Below, one piece after another: positions 54,202 through 63,880 of a DNA stretch of 64,000 nucleotides. Made by a program: the position numbers and the translations under genes. The notes under the pieces were generated by a model. It saw nothing but the letters and a program-made list of their open reading frames with translations. It made no database searches and had not been told where the DNA came from. Source of the DNA: Octopus sinensis. Lineage: Eukaryota. The stretch lies in assembly GCF_006345805.1 (NCBI RefSeq), contig NC_043002.1:1612001-1676000 (forward strand), written 5' to 3'. Within the stretch, counting starts at the first letter, position 1. The number at the start of each line of letters is the position of its first letter.

Positions 54202-54971
54202 GTGCATATATCAGGTTACATAAGTGTTCGTTTTTAGCAATCTTCTAGTTTTCCTGTACTAATAAATTATTGAAGGATATAGAAGAACATTTTTGAATAC
54301 ATAATATATTTGCAAGCGAGGTAGAAAATAATCAATGTTAGGATGGGAAGCAATGTTCAGAGTCCACAGATTGGATCAAAAGGATTCAGAAGAGATGGAG
54401 TCAGTTGATGTTGCTTAGAAAATGCCGCTCTAAACATAGAAAGAGATTTCTGGATATGTACATTATTTCCAGAGGAATAATTCCGATGTAAGCAAAGTAT
54501 TGGAAAATCATACATGCTTGGTCGTATACATTTATTTGGTCGATCAAATATGTTAATAGGAGGGGAAATAAATAAATTATTCTCTAACAAAATGAAGAAG
54601 GGCGTGTATTGGTAGAAGACGTATTTGTTGTATCAATAATCCGATTAAAAGAATATAATCAGGGAAGCTTAAACATCTCTAGACGAATTAATCTGGTAGT
54701 AAAGACGTAAAAATTTTGTTGAAAACCGACTTAAGAAAGGAAATCTTTAGTTGTGAAACATGATGTAATTGTCCGATACAATTTATATTGATATATTACT
54801 TGTCAGTTCACTAATTATCGAGTGGGGACGGTTTGATTATCTGTGGATGTAATTTAAAGTTTTGCGTTTCATTTGATATGGGTAGTATAACACAGTAGAA
54901 ATGTCCATGATAGCATCGAAGGTATTTATAATTTTGTCATTCGAATCAAAATTCGCAGAAAGAAGAAATTC

Positions 54972-55023
<52 letters not shown>

Positions 55024-55213
55024 ATATATAATAATAATAATAAATATTAGGGAATAATCCAAATTTACAGGGAAAAAAAATCAGATTTAGGATTAAATCC
55101 AATTTTATAGTAAAATATTATAAAATATTATTAGAGACAAAACCACTATTTTGCAAAACAACAAGGAAAGACTTAATCAATACATAAAAGTTTAATAAAT
55201 AGTCAAAAAACCG

Positions 55214-55256
55214 CCACTACAATCGTTTCTTGTCTTGATCGACAATCTTCAGGTGG
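55214..55256 (-). ncRNA. Type I hammerhead ribozyme, intact core
   Basis: Minus strand: CCAC-CTGAAGA-TTGTC(gatcaa)GACAA-GAAAC-GATT-GTA-GTGG. All core nucleotides and stems I-III are present; GUA triplet. Confidence 0.85.
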
Positions 55257-55303
55257 ACTTCCAATAAGTCAGTTTCAAATTATGAAACTGACTTATTGGA
55301 AGT

Positions 55304-55345
55304 CCACCTGAAGATTGTCGATCAAGACAAGAACGATTGTAGTGG
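55304..55345 (+). ncRNA. Hammerhead copy with a one-A deletion in GAAA
   Basis: CCAC-CTGAAGA-TTGTC(gatcaa)GACAA-GAAC-GATT-GTA-GTGG. Confidence 0.7.
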
Positions 55346-55431
55346 CGGTTTTTTTGACTATTTATTAAAATTTTATGTATTGATTAAGTCTTTCCTTGTT
55401 TGTTTGCAAAATAGTGGTTTTGTCTCTAATA

Positions 55432-55482
<51 letters not shown>

Positions 55483-55512
55483 AAATGTATGTATGATGTA
55501 TATATGTATCTG

Positions 55513-55584
<72 letters not shown>

Positions 55585-55596
55585 ATATATATATAT

Positions 55597-55770
55597 ATAT
55601 CTATTGTATAAGGGCATTATATAAATGCCTCACACTAGGAGGACAAAGTCATTACTACCAAAAATTACTACCAAAAATTATACCAAAAAATTATACAAAA
55701 AATGGTAGTAATGACTTTGTCTAGTGTGAGGCATTTATGTGTAATAATGCCCTTTATACAATATAGATAT
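55597..55770. repeat. Second palindrome (~65-bp arms) with a spacer of short tandem CCAAAAATTA-like units
   Basis: TTGTATAAGGGCATTAT..ATAAATGCCTCACACTAG..ACAAAGTCATTACTACCA versus TGGTAGTAATGACTTTGT-CTAGTGTGAGGCATTTAT..ATAATGCCCTTTATACAA. Confidence 0.85.
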
Positions 55771-55890
55771 AATAATTTGTTCAAAAGAAAAAAATTATCG
55801 GATTCTTTATGAGGTTTTCACGCTAGCTACGATATTTCTTGTTAAGACCCTTATTAAGAGATTATCCTTAATTGTTAAACGTATATATAT

Positions 55891-55933
<43 letters not shown>

Positions 55934-56029
55934 TAGTAATTAAGGTTTTAGCAAACGATTTTGCCTCCCACACACCGAATTTAGAAATAGCAGTCAAAAA
56001 GTTTTGGCTATTCTTTCTACTTAAAAGGG

Positions 56030-56460
56030 AGATCCCAGTAAAACCACAGCGAGACTACTCTTGCTTGATGGAGCTGGGGTTATTCCAAGTTAGTGGTTCT
56101 AGTGGCCTCATCATGCATAGAGCCGAGCAGGTCCACCAGTGCTCTCCATCACTGGCGGCCCCGTGCGGGCTTCTCTGCATCTTGCAAGGTGACATCGAGC
56201 CTTTGGAGATCTTCCCCAATCACATTCAACCATCTAGTGCGGAGACAGCCATGAGGCGTCTTCCAGCCCGTAGTTGCTGCATCGAATGACAGTAAAGCCC
56301 TGGTAGAGTGATCTAGCAGATACGGAGGACTGCCCGTAGCAGCAGCAGATGGAACGGATAGCGATGAAGTGAGAGATTGTGAGCTGATGCGTGCGCGCGC
56401 GCAGTTCTTTGTTGGAAACATCTTGGTAACATCTGATGTTCTTGATGGCTTTTTGAATTA
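56030..56460 (-). mobile_element. RTE-like LINE 3' fragment
   Basis: HSTRALLSFDAATTGWKTPHGCLRTRWLNVIGEDLQRLDVTLQDAEK.AR.RQ*W resembles the RTE C-terminal W.RP.GRP.TRW.D motif. Confidence 0.75.
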
Positions 56461-57721
56461 CAGGTATGACTCATTTTTGCCAGATGAGTGAACTGGAGCA
56501 ACGTGAAGATAAAGTGCCTTGTGCAAAGATGCAGAGCACATTTTATATACCCACTGTAACTGTTTCATACTCCACAACTCTGAATTTTTCGAATATTGTC
56601 GCTACAATGAACTGTAAGAAACTTAATAATACTACTAATTATTCAAACGGAAATATGGGTTTTTGAAATTCCCCAACACCAAAATATTTATGCAGGACAC
56701 TGCGATTCCTAAATTTTCGTCGCTGCAGCATAGCGCACGTTGGTATTTCTTTGCTACCCGTTCATAATAACTGCCTTCGTAATTGTAGAAATAAGGAGAA
56801 TTGAACTTTGGATAACAATTGTCTCCGATAAAAACATTGCCTATTACTGTACCGCCTGCACACCTGATGCAGTTTAATACTATATCTGTGCTACAGTAAC
56901 AAAATTGTAGGTAAGATGGAGAAGCTATCTTAGATTTCTTTAGCTATAGGAAATAAATACATAGAACTTTATTGAATGAGCTTGTTTGGCAACTGTAAGG
57001 TAACAATTTGTATTTACTAATACGTTCTTGGGATTTTCCTATGACCTGGGTCACTTCTCTTCGATATTTTCCCCTCGACCTAACACTCTCTGTTCTCATC
57101 TAATCTCCTTATTCTGGATCTTAAGTTTGAGAGCTGGGAACCAACCCAATAGAAACACATCCCACCTAACTTATTACTGACTGTGCCATAGTAAAGAGAC
57201 TTCACAAAACTTCGCCGTTGCAAACAGACAATTACCTGCATTTATAGACAGATAAACGAATGGAACCAATGGAATTATCTTGTCACGGGAAAGAATTGTC
57301 TGTTTGCTTCCGCTTCTTTTGCACTTCCAACGCTAACTCTCGCTTCCCGAATTAACTAAACAACTTCAACCAAATCATCCGTTTTTCTATATGTAAGTGA
57401 ATTCATCCAATTTGTATCTGTATTTGCTCACAAGTGTTATGACTAAATGGCTATAGGTCTGTCACTAATCAATAACATGTAATCGATATTACGGTATCAT
57501 TGCTCACTTCTGTGTTTACAAACATATGATTTGCAATCCATACGTTACTGAATGAAAAACCGTGGAATAAATGAGACACCAACAATCCCATTCGTCACTT
57601 TTTCCATATATAGCCATATATACATATATAAATATATATATATATAATATATATATATATTATATATAATATATATATATATATATATGTATATGTAGAT
57701 GTATATATGTATATGTATATA

Positions 57722-57790
<69 letters not shown>

Positions 57791-57791
<1 letters not shown>

Positions 57792-58092
57792 GCAGATACT
57801 GTAATAGCCTGGGGTTCAGGGGCCCTCAGCTGTTCAACAAACTGCCAAGAAAACTAAGAGATCTACATGATGCGGATGTGGACATTTTCAAAAAACATCT
57901 AGACAAGCTGCTTTCCGGGATCCCAGATGAACCCACTGCAAGGTACGAAGGTAACCTAAGGGCAGCAGCTACAAACTCTCTCTTAGATCAGTGGCCAGCC
58001 ACGGCAAACTGGACTTAGAGAGGGTAGCAACAAGGGCGGTGCCTCAGCATGGCCTCAGCCGGATGGCTGAAACAAGTAAAAGAGTAAAAGAG
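57791..58092 (+). mobile_element. CR1-group LINE extreme 3' end (ORF2 C-terminus, 3' UTR and tandem tail)
   Basis: RGPQLFNKLP..LRD...DIFKKHLDKLLSGIPDEP...NSLLDQ is homologous to the end of the intact ORF2 (GPALFNIVP..FKQSLDRFLQRIPDKP..NSLLEQ). Tail AAGTAAAAGAGTAAAAGAG. Confidence 0.88.
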
Positions 58093-58163
58093 ATTTATAT
58101 GTATATATATATATATATGTATATAAATATATATGTATATATATATGTATATATATATATGTA

Positions 58164-58194
<31 letters not shown>

Positions 58195-58195
<1 letters not shown>

Positions 58196-58526
58196 AAGAC
58201 CCCCTTCGGTCATGAATGACCATGGGATTGCACCTAGAAAGTTACCCTCCTAGACACAAGTCCGGGCAAGGTTGTTTATGGAAGACCAGCAGTCGCCCAT
58301 GCATACCAGCCTCCCCTCTCCACGCCACCAGTGTTATCCAAGGGAAAGACAAAGGTCGATACAGCTTGGCACCTCTGACGTCGCAACTCATTTCTACAGC
58401 TGAGTGAACTGGAGCAACGTGAAATAAAGTGCCTTGCTCAAGAACACAACACGCAGCCCGGTCCGGGATTCGAGCTCACAACCTCACGATCGTAAGCTCG
58501 ACGCTCTAACCACTGAGGCATGCGCC
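58195..58526 (-). mobile_element. tRNA-derived SINE (family 2)
   Basis: Near-identical to 35073-35404. Confidence 0.9.
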
Positions 58527-58557
<31 letters not shown>

Positions 58558-58592
58558 CAGGCATATATGTATATATATGCATATACATATAA

Positions 58593-58672
<80 letters not shown>

Positions 58673-58772
58673 CAGTTAATCCAAACAAGAAAACACAAAA
58701 AAAAACAGCAACGCGAGGAGGTGGAACAAATAAATTATTATTGGACGCTCAGGAAAGAAGGGAAGAAGGAGG

Positions 58773-58807
58773 GTTTAACGTTTCGAGCGGAGCTCTTCGT
58801 CGGAGAC
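58773..58807 (-). ncRNA. Degenerate minimal hammerhead in a probable PLE pLTR fragment (~58672-58905)
   Basis: Minus strand: GTCT-CCGACGA-A-GAGC(tcc)GCTC-GAAACGTT-AAAC. Same minimal architecture as 12549-12594, with U4->C and one stem I mismatch. Confidence 0.6.
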
Positions 58808-58914
58808 ATAGAAGAAGGAAAGATCCCGAGAAGGGAAGACAGAGGGAAAAAAATCGCTGGCGGTACTCACGAGGTCACATATTGAAAGACCGAAAGTTGA
58901 AAGGTGAATATATA

Positions 58915-58999
<85 letters not shown>

Positions 59000-59239
59000 T
59001 TGTGTGTGTAGAAAGAGCGCGCGCGTGCGAGAGACAGAAAGAGAGAGAGAAACACAAGAGAGAGTCTCTTAATCTTCTGCTTGTTTCTGTCGTTCGTCTG
59101 AACGGGCTGCTGCTGCTGCTGTTCTGTAGGTCTCGGCACTTCTTGCCTCTCGTACTTTCAATCTCTTTCTGCCCAGCTGCTGGATTACACGACGTAAACA
59201 AAACTCTACCAGTCGCAGGGCAGTGAGGAAAAAAACGCC

Positions 59240-59274
<35 letters not shown>

Positions 59275-59289
59275 TATATACACCCATAT

Positions 59290-59333
<44 letters not shown>

Positions 59334-59540
59334 AGTCGAAACATATGTCGAGAGTAAAGGAATTTTGTTAACATCTTCGTTCGACTCCATTCTTTCATTA
59401 TTCATATATATATATATATAATATATATATAAACTTAGATAAACTTAGATATGTTTCGACCAAAGATTGGTCCTGGCCATGTCTAACTTAATAGCACCAC
59501 CTGATAGGATTATTCGAATCCTGTTTAAGTCAAGTTTTGT

Positions 59541-62500
59541 TTAAGTCAAGTTTTGTTCAAGTAGTGAGTTCTTGTTGGGTGAGTTGTATCCCATTATGAG
59601 TGGCTTATCTGGTATTCTTTGAAGGAATCTATCCAGACTCTGTTTAAAGTTGATGGGATTCTTTTCCTCTTTGATCTCTTTCGGGACAATGTTAAATAGG
59701 GCAGGGCCTGTTGAGGAAAAGAAATTATGTTGCAGTGTACATGTATGTTGTGATCTTGAATTGGGCAGGGGACGTATAGCCCGTGGTCCAAGTCTCGGAT
59801 GAACCTTGAAGCTAATGTTTAGGTCGTTTGGGCAAAGTTGGCGGTATATTTTCCACATCGTACAAATGATGTACCGCTCACGGCGACGCTGGAGGGAGTA
59901 AAGTTTCAAGGCTTTAAGGCGATCCCAATAGTCGAGAGCAGCCATGCCTTCAATTTGTTTAGTGAGTGCCCTCTGGGGTGACTCAATTCTGGAGATGTTT
60001 TGTCTTGTGTGAGGAGACCACAGTGAGCAGCAGTATTCAAGGTGTGGCCGTACAAAGGAGGAAAAAAGTGGTATGATGACACCTTGTTCTCTGGACCGGA
60101 AAGTTCTTAAGATCCAGGAACTCATCCTACGAGCTATGTCGACCTTCTTGTTGATGTGTGCACTCCAACTGAGATCGTCATCAACAATTACACCCAGGTC
60201 TCTGATATTGTTAGAGGCTGTGAGCGGTTCCCCTGAAGGAAGAGAGTATGGCTGTTTTAGTGAGGAGTTTCTTCCAAAATGCATCAGCTCAAATTTTCCC
60301 TCGTTCAGTTGCATTTTGTTTCTGTCTGCCCATTGACTCACAGCATATAGATCAGACTGGAGTTGAGTTCGGTCTGCTTCTTCATTGACGATTTGCTGGA
60401 GCTTGGTGTCATCAGCAAATATTTTCACTTTGCAGTAATGTACGACACTGGAAAGGTCGTTTATGTAGATTATGAAGAGTAGCGGTCCCAAGACAGTCCC
60501 CTGGGGGACACCGCTGGTGACTTTTGCTGGGCTTGAGTTGACTCCATCAACTACAACATGTTGTGTTCTATTCGCCAGGAAATACTTGAACCAGTGTTGA
60601 ACTTTTCCACGGATTCCAACATTTGCCAATTTTGAGAGTAGGATATTATGGTCTACCCTGTCGAACGCTTTACTGAAGTCAAGATATATGACATCAGAGT
60701 TCGAACCTGATCCTAAGGCTTTGAGTACATCTTCAATGTGGTGTAAGAGCTGTGTTAGACAGCCCCTGCCACATCGAAAGCCATGCTGATTTGCATTTAG
60801 GAGTTTCTGGGTCTCCAGGAGGTCAGCTATCATTGATCTTAACACTCTTTCAAACACTTTAATGATGTGGGAGGTGAGTGGGATTGGGCGATAGTTGACC
60901 GCGAGGGATCTGTTTTCCTGTTTGAAAACCTGGATGACCGACTGGGATAGAAACTGTTTCGGTATATAACCTGCGTCTAACGAATTTCTCCAGAGGTTGG
61001 TCAGAGGGACTGCAAGTTGGTGTCTACATTCCTTCAGGAGACTAGCGGGGAATCTATCAGGGCCTACAGCAGAGTAGTATTTGACCTCATTTATTGCTGC
61101 TACGATGTCGGTGGGAGTGAAGGTTATGTCTGAGATTTTATGTTGGGAGTCAACTTCGTTCGCTTCTCTTACGTCAATATCAGTGGGAACACTAAAGACA
61201 GAGCAGTATTGTTTCTGCAGTATTTCTGCCATTTCTTTAGCATCGTGTTGGGGAATGCCGTTAGCATCAATCAATGGCCCAATGGGTGAGACAGTGGTTC
61301 TATGCTTATTTGCATAGGAATAGAACACTTTTGGGTTCTGTTTGATGTTTTTGATTACCCACTGTTCCTCCACAGCTCTTTGGTTTTCAATGGAGGTTTT
61401 CATGTCGTTCTGCAGATGAGGTTTTTCCAGCTCTAGCCTTTTCATTGTTGTTGAATGTGGATGTTGTTTGTGGGAATATTTTGATTGGTTGATTTTTTTG
61501 TTAAGTCTTTTGATGCGCCTGATGAGTGTTTTCTTCTTTTTAGGGAGCCGATTTCTGTTTGTGTTAGATTTCGTGGGAGCGTACTTAGAGCATGTATATG
61601 TGACAATGTTTTCAAAGTGCCGCCATGCCGTCTCAATATGGGTGGAATTGAGAGTAAAAGACCAGTCGATGAAAGACAGATCCTTTCTGATTGCTCCCCA
61701 GTCCGCTTTGTGGAGGTTTATGTTATCAAATGAGTGCCATGGAGTGGGATTGGCTGGTTTGGTTTTTATATGTCGGGAATTGAAATTGCAGAGTACCTTG
61801 TCGTGATCTGAGAGGAGAGTTTTTTCAACTGAAATACTGTGAACGAAGCTAGAGTGATTGGTCAATACCAGATCCAAGATCGTTTTATTCTGTCTCGTTG
61901 GTTCGAGCACAAGCTGAGTCAGGAAGTATTCATCCATTAGATTAAAGAGCAGTTCCACTGCTGCTCTATCTGATGTAGAGCACTTGCCTAACTTTAGAGT
62001 ATTTGTGGGCCAGTTCACATGAGGGAGGTTAAAATCACCCATCACTAGTATGTTTCCGGAGTGGTACTTCCGAAGGAAGGACTTGACTTTGCTAAGGCAC
62101 TCTTCAAAGCACTTTAAAGGTGCTTGGGGAGGCCTGTAAAGACCAACAATGTTCTTGGCCTTGCTGAATAGTGATACAGATTCACAATAGCCATTGGAAA
62201 ATATGTCCTTGGCATCAAGTGAGAAGGAGTCATGGATAAAGATGGCTGTCCCTCCCTTATTTCGGTTTGTACGATCCGCACGAACAATGGTGAAATCTTT
62301 TATTTTCACCTCGGCGTCTATATGGGTGTTGTTCAGGTGAGTCTCGGTAAGGATAAAGAAAGGGAAGCAATGTGTCGTTTCGGCAAGCCAACTCTCTATA
62401 TATGGGATCTTCCATTTTTGGGCAATAATTGATGGGTTGATGCCACGTACATTTAATAGGAATGTCGAGGTAAGTGAAGTTTGATGTTTGCATTGTTCTA

Positions 62501-62597
62501 AGTTGTTCAGTGGTAACAATGTGGGTAGTTCTTGTATGGAGCTGTGTGTGTATGATTTTCTTGTTGGTAGTGGGTGTGTGGTCCTTGTGATTTGCAT
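59541..62597 (-). CDS. LINE ORF2: apurinic-like endonuclease plus reverse transcriptase (1018 aa, uninterrupted)
   Basis: APE motifs LNVRGI, LTETHL, GGTAIFI, YRPP, GDFNLP, LDLVLTN, SDH. RT motifs NYRPI, QHGFR, YLDFSKAFDRVDH, GVPQGTVLGPLLF, FADD, RDLGV. Confidence 0.95.
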   Translation of the reverse strand: MQITRTTHPLPTRKSYTHSSIQELPTLLPLNNLEQCKHQTSLTSTFLLNVRGINPSIIAQKWKIPYIESWLAETTHCFPFFILTETHLNNTHIDAEVKIKDFTIVRADRTNRNKGGTAIFIHDSFSLDAKDIFSNGYCESVSLFSKAKNIVGLYRPPQAPLKCFEECLSKVKSFLRKYHSGNILVMGDFNLPHVNWPTNTLKLGKCSTSDRAAVELLFNLMDEYFLTQLVLEPTRQNKTILDLVLTNHSSFVHSISVEKTLLSDHDKVLCNFNSRHIKTKPANPTPWHSFDNINLHKADWGAIRKDLSFIDWSFTLNSTHIETAWRHFENIVTYTCSKYAPTKSNTNRNRLPKKKKTLIRRIKRLNKKINQSKYSHKQHPHSTTMKRLELEKPHLQNDMKTSIENQRAVEEQWVIKNIKQNPKVFYSYANKHRTTVSPIGPLIDANGIPQHDAKEMAEILQKQYCSVFSVPTDIDVREANEVDSQHKISDITFTPTDIVAAINEVKYYSAVGPDRFPASLLKECRHQLAVPLTNLWRNSLDAGYIPKQFLSQSVIQVFKQENRSLAVNYRPIPLTSHIIKVFERVLRSMIADLLETQKLLNANQHGFRCGRGCLTQLLHHIEDVLKALGSGSNSDVIYLDFSKAFDRVDHNILLSKLANVGIRGKVQHWFKYFLANRTQHVVVDGVNSSPAKVTSGVPQGTVLGPLLFIIYINDLSSVVHYCKVKIFADDTKLQQIVNEEADRTQLQSDLYAVSQWADRNKMQLNEGKFELMHFGRNSSLKQPYSLPSGEPLTASNNIRDLGVIVDDDLSWSAHINKKVDIARRMSSWILRTFRSREQGVIIPLFSSFVRPHLEYCCSLWSPHTRQNISRIESPQRALTKQIEGMAALDYWDRLKALKLYSLQRRRERYIICTMWKIYRQLCPNDLNISFKVHPRLGPRAIRPLPNSRSQHTCTLQHNFFSSTGPALFNIVPKEIKEEKNPINFKQSLDRFLQRIPDKPLIMGYNSPNKNSLLEQNLT

Positions 62598-63880
62598 AGG
62601 TGGTTGCTGATAGCTCGTTGGATCTCCTGGCTTAGGTCGGCCTTCATATTTTCTAGGTAAGTCAGTAAAAAAGAGTTACCACTTTGGTTTGCCACTTGGT
62701 CGGAGGATACATATTTCATGTTTGTGTTATTTGGTGTTATGGTTTTTTCATGGTTCTGTCTTCGTTGTTTGATTGTAGGAGGGAAAACGTGGTTGTATGT
62801 TGCTTTTATTGTTGTCGAAGATCTCCTCTGTTGCTGTTTATATCTATTTTGTGATCGTTTTGTGCCCTTCAGATGGTGGTGGTTGCATTCTGGGTTCAGG
62901 CACATCCTTAGTGACACAGAAGTTTGGCACAGTTTAGGATGAAAGAAGGTGCATCTATTGCCTTTTGTACATCCATATTTGGGATCAGGACCATGGATTC
63001 TGTATTTAGGACAGTATTTGGGGTGGAGGTGAGGGCAGTTTTTTCCCGTTATACCGTATGGACAGGTGCCCTTAACAAGTCTACGACATAGGGTGGGATG
63101 GAAAAAAGCACAGCGTCCCTTGTTGTTGTTGCCGCTGGGGCCAAATTTACAGTTGCCTTGAGCATAGTAACGGCAGGGTGTTTGATATGGGTGTATGGGT
63201 GATTTTTCTATAGAAGAGTGTTGTTGTTGCTGTAGCAGCAGTGAAACTTGACTTGCAACAGCAGGGCTAGCAGGTGGAATCGGGTCAGGTACTGGTGACG
63301 TAGTAGCAGAGACAGGCTGTTGTGGTATTGAGTCCTGTGGAATGGGTGAAACTTGACTTTCAACAGCAGGGCTAGCAGGTGGAATCGGGTCAGGTACTGG
63401 TGATGTAGTAGCAGAAACAGGCTGTTGTGATAGTGAGTCCTGTGGAATGGGTGAAACTTGACTTTCAACAGCAGGGCTAGCAGGTGGAATCGGGTCAGGT
63501 ACTGGTGATGTAGTAGCAGAAACAGGCTGTTGTGATAGTGAGTCCTGTGGAATGGGTGGAATGAGGTCAGATGTTTGTTGCTGGCTATCGAGTCGTTGAA
63601 GTGATCCCTGACCTGTTGGAGTTGGGTCATTTGGTGCACTACATTCATTGACAAGGATGGCTTTTAGTGTTGCCATGTGCGTGTGAATAATAGGAAATAT
63701 TCTGACAATCTCTTTTGTTTTATTTTCTATCTGTTTTACAGATCTGGGAAAGGATTGTTTTGCTAATTTTTCAGCTATTTTACTGTAAACATTAGCTTCA
63801 TTGTGGTGAGTGTACCAAGCGTTTATCATTGCAGTGATTTCATTTTCAACCCAGTGGCGTTTTTGAATATTATCGGCCAT
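62507..63880 (-). CDS. LINE ORF1: Myb/SANT-like N-terminus, Pro/Ser/Gln repeats, four CCCH zinc fingers, C-terminal helix
   Basis: W..NEITAMI.AW...VYSKIAEKL....RSVKQIENK (trihelix-like). Fingers C-x7-C-x12-C-x3-H, C-x7-C-x8-C-x3-H, C-x13-C-x5-C-x3-H and C-x8-C-x4-C-x3-H. First ATG at 63880. Confidence 0.88.
   Translation of the reverse strand: MADNIQKRHWVENEITAMINAWYTHHNEANVYSKIAEKLAKQSFPRSVKQIENKTKEIVRIFPIIHTHMATLKAILVNECSAPNDPTPTGQGSLQRLDSQQQTSDLIPPIPQDSLSQQPVSATTSPVPDPIPPASPAVESQVSPIPQDSLSQQPVSATTSPVPDPIPPASPAVESQVSPIPQDSIPQQPVSATTSPVPDPIPPASPAVASQVSLLLQQQQHSSIEKSPIHPYQTPCRYYAQGNCKFGPSGNNNKGRCAFFHPTLCRRLVKGTCPYGITGKNCPHLHPKYCPKYRIHGPDPKYGCTKGNRCTFFHPKLCQTSVSLRMCLNPECNHHHLKGTKRSQNRYKQQQRRSSTTIKATYNHVFPPTIKQRRQNHEKTITPNNTNMKYVSSDQVANQSGNSFLLTYLENMKADLSQEIQRAISNHLCKSQGPHTHYQQENHTHTAPYKNYPHCYH
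63241..63558. repeat. In-frame 105-bp x3 tandem repeat within ORF1
   Basis: GTGAAACTTGACTT.. recurs at 63241, 63346 and 63451, encoding IPQDSLSQQPVSATTSPVPDPIPPASPAVESQVSP. Confidence 0.95.

Larger units (their letters stand above)
55118..55443. mobile_element. Near-perfect palindrome (~160-bp arms, 5-nt loop) of PLE pLTR sequence, with two divergent hammerheads
   Basis: ...GGACTTCCAATAAGTCAGTTTCA-aatta-TGAAACTGACTTATTGGAAGTCC... Complementarity extends to ATAAAATATTATTAGAGACAAAACCAC / GTGGTTTTGTCTCTAATAATATTTTAT. Confidence 0.88.

Noticed and set aside
59335-59355. GTCGAAACATATGTCGAGAG, resembling the 3' half of a hammerhead
   Set aside because: The 5' half is absent (replaced by (TA)n), and it is too short to support a call.
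569-59398. Dozens of ORFs rich in YI/HT/CV/MYVC, poly-L/I/Y/N/E or poly-H
   Set aside because: They are translations of (TA)n, (CA)n, (TATG)n, (TTA)n, (TTC)n and (CAC)n microsatellites, not genes.
59445-59490. LINE 3' end has hammerhead-like topology (TTAGA..stem-loop..GAAAC..TCTAA)
   Set aside because: CATGGCCAG replaces the required CUGANGA box, so I treated it as an RT-recognition stem-loop.
63241-63558. Regular 105-bp repeats, checked as a CRISPR-like array
   Set aside because: Contiguous in-frame coding repeats without unique spacers, in eukaryotic DNA.
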